Source: Pseudomonadota bacterium (GTDB lineage Bacteria; Pseudomonadota; Gammaproteobacteria; Steroidobacterales; Steroidobacteraceae). From it: DNA of 49,086 nt. The notes below the pieces were generated by a model. It saw nothing but the letters and a program-made list of their open reading frames with translations. It was not told where the DNA came from and ran no database searches. Location of the stretch: assembly GCA_947453065.1 (NCBI GenBank), contig CANGFJ010000001.1:1-49086 (forward strand), read 5' to 3'. Shown in pieces: positions 19,836 to 28,705 of the stretch. Each line of letters starts with the position of its first letter. Positions within the stretch are counted from its first letter, which is position 1. The position numbers and the translations under genes are program-made.

Positions 19836-22728
19836 GCTCGTCCATCACGGGCTGTCGCGACGCAAGCAGCTCCGACATCGCCGCAACCGCCAGGGGACGC
19901 GCGAGGTAATAGCCCTGCACGGCGTCGCAGCCCCGCGCACGCAGGAAATCCAGTTGTTCGATGGTCTCGACGCCTTCGGCCACCACCTGCTTACCCAGGG
20001 TATGGGCCATGGCAATGATGGCCTCGGCGAGCGTGGCAGAGGCCGGGTTCTGGGCCACATCTTCGATGAACGAACGGTCGATCTTCACCGTGCTCACGGG
20101 ATAGCGGCGTAAGTGATTGAGCGCGGAATAGCCGGTGCCGAAGTCATCCAGCGTCAGGCGCACGCCCAGACGGGACAAGGCTTGCAGGGCCGACTCCGCC
20201 TGCGGGTCCGTGAACGCCGATTCAGTCAGCTCCAGCTCCAGCTGGTCGGCCGCCAGGCCGTATTTGTCCAACAGGCGCTTCAGGAGCAGGACGCAACCGT
20301 GGTCGTGCAGTTGCTGCGGAGAAATGTTGACGGCCATGCGCGGCAGCGTCAGCCCCTGCTGGCGCCAGTTGGCCAGCTGCGCGCAGGCGGCCTCCAGCAC
20401 CCAACCACCGATGTCGACGATAAGCCCAGACTCCTCGGCGGCAGGCACGAACTCCGCTGGCGAGCGCAGGCCGCCGCGCGGGCTCTCCCAGCGCAGCAGG
20501 GCCTCCACGCCAAGCAGGCTGCCATCGGCAAGGCTGTACTGAGGCTGGTAAAAGAGCGCGAATTCGCGGCGTTTGAGCGCGCGGTACAGGCCTGTATCGG
20601 CCGCACGGACCTCGCGCGGCATCATCGTGCGATCAAAGAACGTGGCACCGCCCCGGCCCTGATCCTTGGCACGGTACATGGCCAGGTCGGCGTTGCGCAT
20701 CAGCTCATCAATAGCGGCCCCATCATCGGGAAACAGCGCAATGCCAATGCTGGCCCGCACCTGGTGGTCGCGGCCACCCAGGTTCACGGGCAGCTGCAAC
20801 GATTCGGTGATGCGCCGGGCAATGGCCATCGCCGCAGCGGGCTCTGCCACCTGATGCAGGATGACGGTGAACTCATCGCCCGAGAGGCGTGCGACCGTGT
20901 CTCCTTCCTTGATGCAGGCCCGCAGGCGTTGGCCCACGATGGCCAGCAACTGGTCGCCCGCGGCATGACCCACCGAGTCGTTCACCTTCTTGAAGTGATC
21001 GAGATCGATGTAGAGCAAGGCGCCGCGCACCGCACCGGCTGATGCTGCAGCGAGCGCCTGCTCAAGCCGGTCGCGGAACAGCAGCCGATTGGGCAACTGC
21101 GTCAGGGCATCGAAATGCGCCTGCCGATACAGCTGCTCGGCGCGTGCACCGCGCGACAGCACGGTTCCAAAGCGGCGCGCGCAGTCGGCGCCCTGCGAGG
21201 CCAGACGCGTATCAAGACGCGGCGCTTCGCCATAGCCGACCGCCAGGATGGCGGCCACGCGCTCACCGGCATACACCGGCCAGGCCCAGAAAAACTGCGC
21301 GCCTGCGCCCGTCAGTGGCATCAGCAGGCTGTGCCGCTGCTCCTCGCAGCGCGCAATGGTCATGCCGTCCGGGGATGCCGCAAACAGGTCGATGAGGGGG
21401 GCATCGAGCGAGACGCGGATGACGGGCCATTCCGCGTCATCCTGGCTGGCGACAAACAGCCGACCATAGCCGGTCGTATCGGCATCGATCAGCGTGAGAC
21501 CCACCGCACGCGCGCGCATGACCTCGCGTACCCGGCCCAATACCTGACCGAGTACGGACTCGAGGTCGCCCGCACCCAGCAGCAGTTCATCAATCTCAGC
21601 CTGCCAGTTCAGCAACGCCAGGCGCTGCGCCATGCCCGTGGCCGCTTCGTTGTAACGTTCCACAATGGGCCGCAGATCGGCATCGATCGCCGGCAGCGCG
21701 ATAGGCCAGACGCGGGGTTGACCCAGCCGTTCCAGCGCCACAGGCAGCGTTCGCAGGAAAGGTGCGTAGTGGCGCAGGAACCGCATCACGGTCACCAGCA
21801 GCGTCACCGTCGCAATCAGCAGCAGCAATGGCAGCGCGGCGGCACCCTCGGCCAGTGCAGACCAGTACGAAGGCCTGCGGCCCGCGGCAACCAGGCCGAT
21901 CGGCGACGACGTGGTGGCGTCTGCCAGCGTCAGGCCCGCCATGGACCCTTCCCAGGCCACCCCCTGAGACTGCCACCCCAGCGGGCGCGCTGCGCCGGGT
22001 CGCAACGGCCCACCCAGCCCGGAGGCCAGCAAGGTCGCAAGATCCGGCGCCACTTCACCCCCCTGGATGGATGCACCCCGTGCATCAAGGGCCACCAGCG
22101 TCAGCCCGGATGGGGCATCGCGCATCGGGCTCCACAGCCAGTCGGGGGATACCTCGAAAGCGGCAACCCGGGCATGCCCGGCTTCACTGGTCGCCCGGGC
22201 CAGGAACAGTCCCTTGAGCTGCGCATCCAGGGGGACGGTCAGCAAGGCACTGCCACCCGCCAGCAACGTGGCCAGCTGCGGACCTGAAAACTGAAAGGTA
22301 TAGCTGCCAGCCTGCGCCCGGCCCGCGGCGTCCGGATCCAGCAGGAAGACCCCGTTGAACGCAGCCGTGCGTTTGACCCGGGTACGCAGCCATTGGCCCT
22401 TGGGGCCCGGCTCATCGCCCGCCAGAGAGGCCGCAATGGCAGCGGCTGCAGACAGTCGGGCACTGACTGCAGCGGCAATGCTGTTGGCGGACCGTTCCAG
22501 GCTTTGCTGGCGCAACTGCTCCTGCTGCGACACGGACGCGTGCGCACCCAGCCCCACTGCGGCGATCAGCACGATCGCCAGGGCGGTGCCGAGCGCAAGC
22601 AGCAGACGGCGACCCATGCCGCTGTTTAGCGATGTCCACGGTTCCAGCATCGACACAAAACCTTGTCGGAACGAATCCAGTGCAATGTGGCAATTTAGTC
22701 GCAGAGCCGCTCCGAGAGTGTGTGTCAT
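19813..22728 (-). CDS. membrane sensor GGDEF-EAL protein (periplasmic domain, GAF-like, GGDEF with SGDEF, EAL)
   Basis: Two TM segments flank a periplasmic region of about 240 aa. RLSGDEFTV (GGDEF site). EAL domain motifs EALLRW, ELTES, DDFGTGYS, KIDRSF, EGVE, QGYY. The start is uncertain (M1, MLEPW or MGRRLLL). The 3' end overlaps the NlpC/P60 start by 23 nt. Confidence 0.85.
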   Translation of the reverse strand: MTHTLGAALRLNCHIALDSFRQGFVSMLEPWTSLNSGMGRRLLLALGTALAIVLIAAVGLGAHASVSQQEQLRQQSLERSANSIAAAVSARLSAAAAIAASLAGDEPGPKGQWLRTRVKRTAAFNGVFLLDPDAAGRAQAGSYTFQFSGPQLATLLAGGSALLTVPLDAQLKGLFLARATSEAGHARVAAFEVSPDWLWSPMRDAPSGLTLVALDARGASIQGGEVAPDLATLLASGLGGPLRPGAARPLGWQSQGVAWEGSMAGLTLADATTSSPIGLVAAGRRPSYWSALAEGAAALPLLLLIATVTLLVTVMRFLRHYAPFLRTLPVALERLGQPRVWPIALPAIDADLRPIVERYNEAATGMAQRLALLNWQAEIDELLLGAGDLESVLGQVLGRVREVMRARAVGLTLIDADTTGYGRLFVASQDDAEWPVIRVSLDAPLIDLFAASPDGMTIARCEEQRHSLLMPLTGAGAQFFWAWPVYAGERVAAILAVGYGEAPRLDTRLASQGADCARRFGTVLSRGARAEQLYRQAHFDALTQLPNRLLFRDRLEQALAAASAGAVRGALLYIDLDHFKKVNDSVGHAAGDQLLAIVGQRLRACIKEGDTVARLSGDEFTVILHQVAEPAAAMAIARRITESLQLPVNLGGRDHQVRASIGIALFPDDGAAIDELMRNADLAMYRAKDQGRGGATFFDRTMMPREVRAADTGLYRALKRREFALFYQPQYSLADGSLLGVEALLRWESPRGGLRSPAEFVPAAEESGLIVDIGGWVLEAACAQLANWRQQGLTLPRMAVNISPQQLHDHGCVLLLKRLLDKYGLAADQLELELTESAFTDPQAESALQALSRLGVRLTLDDFGTGYSALNHLRRYPVSTVKIDRSFIEDVAQNPASATLAEAIIAMAHTLGKQVVAEGVETIEQLDFLRARGCDAVQGYYLARPLAVAAMSELLASRQPVMDEHATAAAG

Positions 22729-22875
22729 ATCACTGATTGGAGAGTCGTCTAGAATCCAGCGACAGGTTCCCTGAAAGGGTACGGGGCAGTTCAGGGCAGC
22801 GGCAAGTCAGTACGTACCGCAAGTGAATCCCAAGCCCTTGTTTTTGAACAAATTACACAGCACGGTCATCGACCC

Positions 22876-23952
22876 ATGAGTGATCACCCCCCCTCCCTCG
22901 CACTCCAGCTGCTAGAACGCGACCTGGTACCCGACTGGCTCATCCGCCAACGCATCCGGGCCCTGCTGGCCGACCGCCTGCGGGAGGAAGATCGCGGCGA
23001 CCCGGAGTCGCAGCAGGCGCAGCTCTCGCAATTCGTGGCGCAGTTACGCGCCAGCCCGGTGGCCATCCACACCGCAGACGCGAACGAACAGCACTACGAG
23101 CTCCCGACCGCGTTCTTCCAGCTCGTGCTAGGCAAGTACCTCAAATACTCCAGCTGCTACTACGACCTGGCCAACCCACCCCCGCACGCACGCGCGCACG
23201 AACAGCTGGATGAGGCGGGCGCACGCATGCTCGCGCTGACCGCAAAACGCGCCGGCATCTGCAACGGCGACCGCGTGCTGGAACTCGGCTGTGGCTGGGG
23301 ATCGTTGTCCCTGTGGATGGCTGCGCACTTTCCCGCCTCGCAGATCACCGTGGTCAGCAATTCGCGGACGCAGAAGCTGTTCATTGATGCCTGCGCGACC
23401 GAGCGCGGGCTGAACAATCTCACGGTCATCACCTGCGATGTGAACGCCCTGTCGTTCCCGCCAGGCACTGCGTTTGATCGCGTCGTATCGGTGGAAATGT
23501 TCGAACACCTGCGCAACTACGCCACGCTGCTGGAGCGTGTTGCCAGCTGGATGGCACCCCGTGCCACGCTGTTCGTGCACATCTTCACGCACCGGCAGTA
23601 CGCCTATCCGTTCGAGGTGCGCGATGAGAGCGACTGGATGGCCAAGTACTTCTTCACGGGCGGCATCATGCCCAGTGACCACCTGCTGTATTACTTCCAG
23701 GACCACCTGCGCATCCGCGAGCACTGGGGCGTCGATGGCCGCCACTACCAGCTGACCAGCGAAGCCTGGCTCAACAACATGGACCGCAACCGTGAGCAGA
23801 TCCTGCCGATCCTGGCGGCGACCTACGGCGCCGATCAGGTGACGCGCTGGTGGGTCTACTGGCGCGTGTTCTTTATGTCTTGCGCCGAGCTTTGGGGCTA
23901 TGACCGGGGCCGGCAGTGGATCGTGTCGCACTACCTCTTCGAAAAGCCCTAG
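22876..23952 (+). CDS. cyclopropane-fatty-acyl-phospholipid-synthase-like SAM-dependent methyltransferase
   Basis: HYELPTAFF, SCYY, VLELGCGWGSLSLWMA (SAM motif I), SVEMFEH and the overall CMAS-family layout. Confidence 0.8.
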   Translation: MSDHPPSLALQLLERDLVPDWLIRQRIRALLADRLREEDRGDPESQQAQLSQFVAQLRASPVAIHTADANEQHYELPTAFFQLVLGKYLKYSSCYYDLANPPPHARAHEQLDEAGARMLALTAKRAGICNGDRVLELGCGWGSLSLWMAAHFPASQITVVSNSRTQKLFIDACATERGLNNLTVITCDVNALSFPPGTAFDRVVSVEMFEHLRNYATLLERVASWMAPRATLFVHIFTHRQYAYPFEVRDESDWMAKYFFTGGIMPSDHLLYYFQDHLRIREHWGVDGRHYQLTSEAWLNNMDRNREQILPILAATYGADQVTRWWVYWRVFFMSCAELWGYDRGRQWIVSHYLFEKP

Positions 23953-24232
23953 CCTTCACGGCCTCGGCGCGCTGGCGCAACCAGAGCATCCAGCGGCGCG
24001 GGGCCTCGAACTCCAGGCTCAGGATGCCCAGGCCTACCGGAATCACGATGAAGGCAGGGCCGGGCAGCACAATCATGAGCAACCCCACGAACACGACAGC
24101 GCCTCCCACCACGGCGATGCCGATGCGCCGCCCAAGGCGCAGCAGGTAGCGGACGGGACGTTTCTGGTTCAGGCCTGCTCCCTGCCAACGGCGGCATTCA
24201 TTCCGATTGTAATCCCCGGCGCCTTGCGGCAC
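23873..24232 (-). CDS. PGPGW-domain small membrane protein
   Basis: GIAVVGGAVVFVGLLMIVLPGPAFIVIPVGLGILSLEF matches the PGPGW transmembrane family. GTG start is uncertain. The 3' end overlaps the convergent methyltransferase gene by 80 nt. Confidence 0.55.
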   Translation of the reverse strand: MPQGAGDYNRNECRRWQGAGLNQKRPVRYLLRLGRRIGIAVVGGAVVFVGLLMIVLPGPAFIVIPVGLGILSLEFEAPRRWMLWLRQRAEAVKARAFRRGSATRSTAGPGHSPKARRKT

Positions 24233-24241
24233 CGTAAGTCC

Positions 24242-24655
24242 ATGGACTCAAAACTGACCGGCGGCTGCCAGTGCGGCGCCATCCGTTACCGTTGCAGCCG
24301 TCCGCTGCACACGGCGGCCTACTGCCACTGCAGCGCCTGCCGGCGCGCGACGGGCGCCCATGCCACAGCCTGGTTTACGGTGCCCCTGGCAGAGCTGGAG
24401 TTCTGGCCGCTACGGCCCACCCCCTTCGCCAGTTCACCGGATGTCACCCGCAGCCACTGCTCGGCCTGCGGCACCACGCTGACCTACTGGAACGCGAGCG
24501 AGCCCGACAAGGTGGATGTCACCGTGGGCAGCCTTGATGCACCGGCTGCTGTGCCGCCGGGAAAGCACATCTGGATGGACGAGGCCGTTGCAGGCGACGC
24601 CCCCAATGACGGCCTGCCCCGGTTTCCGCAATCCAGCGGCAGCGGCCGGATCTAG
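24242..24655 (+). CDS. GFA (glutathione-dependent formaldehyde-activating / CENP-V-like) family protein
   Basis: GGCQCGAIRY ... CHCSACRRATGA ... CSACGTTL cysteine pattern. 137 aa from ATG 24242. Confidence 0.8.
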   Translation: MDSKLTGGCQCGAIRYRCSRPLHTAAYCHCSACRRATGAHATAWFTVPLAELEFWPLRPTPFASSPDVTRSHCSACGTTLTYWNASEPDKVDVTVGSLDAPAAVPPGKHIWMDEAVAGDAPNDGLPRFPQSSGSGRI

Positions 24656-26169
24656 CCGCCCAGGAATTTCCGGTAGGCGGGGTTGGCGGTTTCCTCGACA
24701 AACGGGAACCGCAACAACGCCAGGTGCTCCAGGAAATCGGCGCGGTCAGCCTTGGGCACCTGAATGCCTGCCAGCACCCGGCCACAGTCGGAGCCGTGAT
24801 TACGATAGTGAAACAGGCTGATGTTCCAGCGTCCTCCGATCGACTCGAGGAACTTGAGTAGCGCACCCGGCCGCTCCGGAAACTCGAAACGAAACAGCAG
24901 TTCGTCCGACAGCGCAGGCGCATGCCCGCCCACCATGTACCGCACGTGCAGCTTGGCCATCTCGTTGTCGGTCATGTCGATGACCGGATAGCCCGCATCG
25001 GAGAGGTGCTTGACCGTCGCCAGGCGCTCTTCGAGTCCACGCGTGAGGTTCAGTCCCACAAAGATCTGCGCACGCTGGGTGCTCTGCTCACGGTAGTTGA
25101 ACTCGGTGATGCTGCGCTGGCCCAAGGCGCTGCAGAAGCGCAGGAAGCTGCCAGGCTCCTCGGGGATCTCCACCGCGAGCAGCGCCTCGCGGCCGCCACC
25201 CAGGTCGGCCCGCTCGGCAATGTGCCGCAGCCGGTCAAAGTTCATGTTGGCGCCGCTGTTGATGGTGACGAGGCGCTTGTCCTTCCAGCCCGTGCGCGCG
25301 ACGTATTTCTTCAACCCAGCCAGCGCCAAGGCACCCGCAGCCTCGGGGATCGTGCGCGTGTCCTCGAACGTGTCCTGGATCGCCGAACACATTTCGTCGG
25401 TCGTCACGAGCACGACTTCATCGACGTACTGACGCGCGAGGCGGAAGGTCTCCTCGCCCACGCGCTTGACGGCAACCCCATCGGCGAACGTGCCCACGCT
25501 GTCCAAGGTGACACGGCAACCGGCTTTCAGCGACTCATACATCGAGGCGGCATCTTCAGGCTCGACGCCGATGATCTTGGTGCGTGGCGAGAGGAATTTC
25601 ACGAAGGTCGCGATGCCGCTGATGATGCCGCCTCCACCCACCGGGACGAAGATGGCATCGACCTCACCCGGGGCCTGCCGCAGGATTTCCATGCCGATCG
25701 TGCCTTGGCCGGCGATGACATCCGGGTCATCGAAGGGATGCACGAACACCATGTTGCGTTCGGCGGCCAGCTTGAGCGCGTGATCAAAGGCGGCGTCGAA
25801 CACATCGCCGTGCAGGATCACTTCACCTCCGTAGCTGACGACAGCCTCGACCTTGATCGCCGGCGTCGTCGCCGGCATGACGATCAGTGCGGGGATGCCG
25901 CGCTTTCGAGCAGCCAGCGCAAGACCCTGCGCATGATTGCCCGCTGACGCGCAAATGACGCCGCGGCGTGCGGCCGTCTCGGAAAGATTGGCGACCTTGT
26001 TGTAGGCACCGCGAATCTTGAACGAGAAGACCGGCTGCAGGTCTTCGCGCTTGAGCAACACCTCCGAACCCAGCCGCGCCGACAGGCGCGGCATCCGGTC
26101 CAGTGGCGACTCAATCGCCACGTCGTAGACGCGCGCCTTGAGGATGCGTTCGATGTAATCGTCAGTCAT
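24652..26169 (-). CDS. ilvA: biosynthetic threonine ammonia-lyase (threonine dehydratase)
   Basis: KREDLQPVFSFKIRGAYN (PLP lysine), the two C-terminal ACT-like regulatory repeats, and length of about 505 aa. An alternative GTG start lies at 26175. Confidence 0.9.
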   Translation of the reverse strand: MTDDYIERILKARVYDVAIESPLDRMPRLSARLGSEVLLKREDLQPVFSFKIRGAYNKVANLSETAARRGVICASAGNHAQGLALAARKRGIPALIVMPATTPAIKVEAVVSYGGEVILHGDVFDAAFDHALKLAAERNMVFVHPFDDPDVIAGQGTIGMEILRQAPGEVDAIFVPVGGGGIISGIATFVKFLSPRTKIIGVEPEDAASMYESLKAGCRVTLDSVGTFADGVAVKRVGEETFRLARQYVDEVVLVTTDEMCSAIQDTFEDTRTIPEAAGALALAGLKKYVARTGWKDKRLVTINSGANMNFDRLRHIAERADLGGGREALLAVEIPEEPGSFLRFCSALGQRSITEFNYREQSTQRAQIFVGLNLTRGLEERLATVKHLSDAGYPVIDMTDNEMAKLHVRYMVGGHAPALSDELLFRFEFPERPGALLKFLESIGGRWNISLFHYRNHGSDCGRVLAGIQVPKADRADFLEHLALLRFPFVEETANPAYRKFLGG

Positions 26170-26209
26170 ACGCACAGCTTAAGGCAAAGCGCCCGCGAAA
26201 GCCTGCCCG

Positions 26210-28210
26210 TCAGGGCAGCGGCGGCGCTTCGCTCTGCGGTGACAGCGAGTACCGGAAATCACTCTTGCCGATGGTCACGAGGTCACCGTCATGCAGCAGC
26301 TGGCGGCTGACGCGGCGGCCGTTCACGCGGATGCCGTTGGTGCTCTTGAGGTCCTCGATGATCGTGTGCCGTGATGACACCAGCACCACCGCGTGATGCC
26401 GGCTGATGAAGTTCGTATCGATGGCAATGTCGTTGTCGGGCGTTCGGCCAATGGTGGTTCGCTGCTGCAGCGGATACCCCACTTCCATGCCACCCATCTC
26501 CTGGACCAACAGACGCGAGCGCGTGTCCATCGGCTCATCGACCACCCCAGGCGACGGGAGCATCCGGGGCGGCCGCGCCACACCCTCGCGACCGAGTCGA
26601 TCGATGCTCTGCTGCAGGTTGCCCAGCAGCGCGGCACTGGCGTGGGCCTCTGCCTGCGTGCGCTTGAGGTGGCCATCACGCTCGTCCAACTGGCCCTGCA
26701 GGTCAGCCAACTGGCGCGCCTGCGAAACCCAGTCTTTTGCCAACTGATCCCGCTCTGCTTCGGCGGTGCGTAGCGCCTCCGACAAAGCCTCCTGCGTAGC
26801 AAGCAATTGGGCCAGCGAGCGATCGGCCTGTTCGGCAGCCTCTGCCGCTTCCTGCCGGACACGTTCCAGCGTGCGCTCGAGATCGGCGGTCTGTTCCGTC
26901 AACTGTGCCTCCAGTGCTGTGTATTGCTCGACGTGGTGGGCCACCCGCTCTTCGGCATCGCTGCGCACCGCTGCGGCCAGCACGTCTCGCTCGGCAATCA
27001 ACGCCTCCAGCCGGGCGTCTACCCCAAGCAGCGACTCTTGAAGGGCCAGCGCTTGCCGGGCCTGTGCATCGGCCAAGTGGGCCTCATGCTCGACCGCCAG
27101 CGCGGCCACTTGTTCGGCATGGCGAGTGACCAGGACCTGCGCTTCCTGGCGCAGCGCGTCGGCTTGCTGCGCCAGCTCCCTGTGCTGGGCGTCGCGCTCG
27201 GCAGCAGCGGTGGCCGCCGCCGCGACGACTGCCGCCGCAAGGCGCGCATCATATTCTGCCGCCAGTGCGGCCAGCTCGGCCTCATGCCCACTGGCCAGAC
27301 GCTGCGTTTCGTGGCGCAGTTCGGCGAGCTGCCGCTCCAGCGTGGCCGTCAGCTCACCGACTTGCTGCTCGCGTTGGGCCAGCATGGCGGCCAGCTGCTG
27401 CTCAAGGTCCGCGCAACGCGCGTCGTGCTGTTTGGCCAGTTCGTAAGCTTGTTTCTGGGCGCGCTTTTCCGCGGCCTTCACTTCCCGGCGGTACAGGGCG
27501 GCCTCCTGCTCGACCTGGGCTTTTTCGCTGCCGCGCTGCGTTTCCAGGGCCGCCATGTCAGCCAGAAACTTCTGCTCGAGCGCCACCTGGGCCTGCTCAC
27601 GCAGCACAAGGTCCTGCTCCAGCGCTGCGATCTGTCCGTCGCGCTCGTCCAGCAGCGATCGACTGAGGTTGCGGTAGCCTTCAACGCTACGCAGGGCCTC
27701 CAGCTGGGATTCATTGGCAGCGCGCAGGGAAGCGACTTCGCGCGACAGGTAAGACTGCTGACTCTCCTGTTGTGAAAGCTGCAGCTGCGATCCGAGCAAG
27801 GCGGAGTAATCGGCCTCGACCTGCAGGACACGCGTCTGCAGCGCCTCCCGCTGTGTCGCCAGGTCGGCGGCCTCCTGGGTGGCCAGCAACAACTCTCCTT
27901 TCAAGGCCTGCTCGGCGTGGCGTTCGCGCGCCAGCTCGAGCTCAAGCTCAGCCAGGCGATCCGTCTGGCGGCTCAGCCGTTCCTCGACTTCGTGGAGCTT
28001 ATTCGTGAAGTGAGCTGCCGCGTCGTCCTGGGCCAGCCCCAGGTAGGTGTCGGTGGTGGCAAGCAGGTCCGCATCGATCAGCGCGGGAAGCGAAGCCGTC
28101 GCATCCAGCGACTGCACCGCGGCCGTGTCCGAGAAATCCGGTACTTCCAGCTCAACGGTCGCTTCAGGGTCGATGTCGTCAGCCCCATCCATTGGGCGAT
28201 TCACGGTCAT
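26210..28210 (-). CDS. FHA-domain protein with acidic N-terminus and about 480-aa coiled coil
   Basis: C-terminal FHA: TIGRTPDNDIAIDTNFISRHHAVVL...DLKSTNGIRVNGRRV...GDLVTIG. The preceding region is a heptad-like E/Q/A/L/R-rich sequence with an internal repeat (HEAELAALAAEYDARLAAA / HAEQVAALAVEHEAHLADA). Confidence 0.8.
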   Translation of the reverse strand: MTVNRPMDGADDIDPEATVELEVPDFSDTAAVQSLDATASLPALIDADLLATTDTYLGLAQDDAAAHFTNKLHEVEERLSRQTDRLAELELELARERHAEQALKGELLLATQEAADLATQREALQTRVLQVEADYSALLGSQLQLSQQESQQSYLSREVASLRAANESQLEALRSVEGYRNLSRSLLDERDGQIAALEQDLVLREQAQVALEQKFLADMAALETQRGSEKAQVEQEAALYRREVKAAEKRAQKQAYELAKQHDARCADLEQQLAAMLAQREQQVGELTATLERQLAELRHETQRLASGHEAELAALAAEYDARLAAAVVAAAATAAAERDAQHRELAQQADALRQEAQVLVTRHAEQVAALAVEHEAHLADAQARQALALQESLLGVDARLEALIAERDVLAAAVRSDAEERVAHHVEQYTALEAQLTEQTADLERTLERVRQEAAEAAEQADRSLAQLLATQEALSEALRTAEAERDQLAKDWVSQARQLADLQGQLDERDGHLKRTQAEAHASAALLGNLQQSIDRLGREGVARPPRMLPSPGVVDEPMDTRSRLLVQEMGGMEVGYPLQQRTTIGRTPDNDIAIDTNFISRHHAVVLVSSRHTIIEDLKSTNGIRVNGRRVSRQLLHDGDLVTIGKSDFRYSLSPQSEAPPLP

Positions 28211-28252
28211 GCTCTTTACCCGGCAGGGAAAACAAACCCCGAGTCTAGCGCG

Positions 28253-28705
28253 TCAGCCGAACACCTCGATGAGACGTGCGTTCCGGCCCGGTGCATCGGC
28301 CGGACCATTATCTAGCGCGATACGGCGAACCTGGGCCGGACGCGCCGCAGCGAATTGCCGCGCAAGGGCCTCGCCGTCTCCCTGTGCCAGCAGGTCGACC
28401 TGGCGGATGCGCATGGAATCCAGGAAATCGCCGAGGGCGTTGACGCCCGCCTCCAGCGCGCCCACGCCCGGGGCCGGATCGGATTCGCCGCAGCCCGGCA
28501 GATCGAGCGCATAGATCGAGCGGTCATGGCCCAGCTCGGCCAGCACGCGCTGGAACACCCGGCCACTGGAGCCGCTGGCCGGAATGCACAGCAGCGTCGT
28601 CAGCTCATCAAACCCACCGCCCGCCGGAATCGCATTGTGGACATGCAACTGCCCATAGCGACAGTCAAAGTAAGCGCGGCGCAGGCGCGGCGGTGGGCGA
28701 GCCAT
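28253..28705 (-). CDS. truncated alpha/beta-hydrolase-fold fragment (150 aa, no intact catalytic triad; possible pseudogene or adaptor)
   Basis: LLCIPASGSSGRVF...IYALDLPGCGESD matches strands 3-4 of the fold. The nucleophile-elbow position reads LLAQGDGEALA (no GxSxG). The ORF ends right after RRIALDN, so the cap, acid and His are missing. The ATG overlaps the ilvI stop by 1 nt. Confidence 0.5.
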   Translation of the reverse strand: MARPPPRLRRAYFDCRYGQLHVHNAIPAGGGFDELTTLLCIPASGSSGRVFQRVLAELGHDRSIYALDLPGCGESDPAPGVGALEAGVNALGDFLDSMRIRQVDLLAQGDGEALARQFAAARPAQVRRIALDNGPADAPGRNARLIEVFG

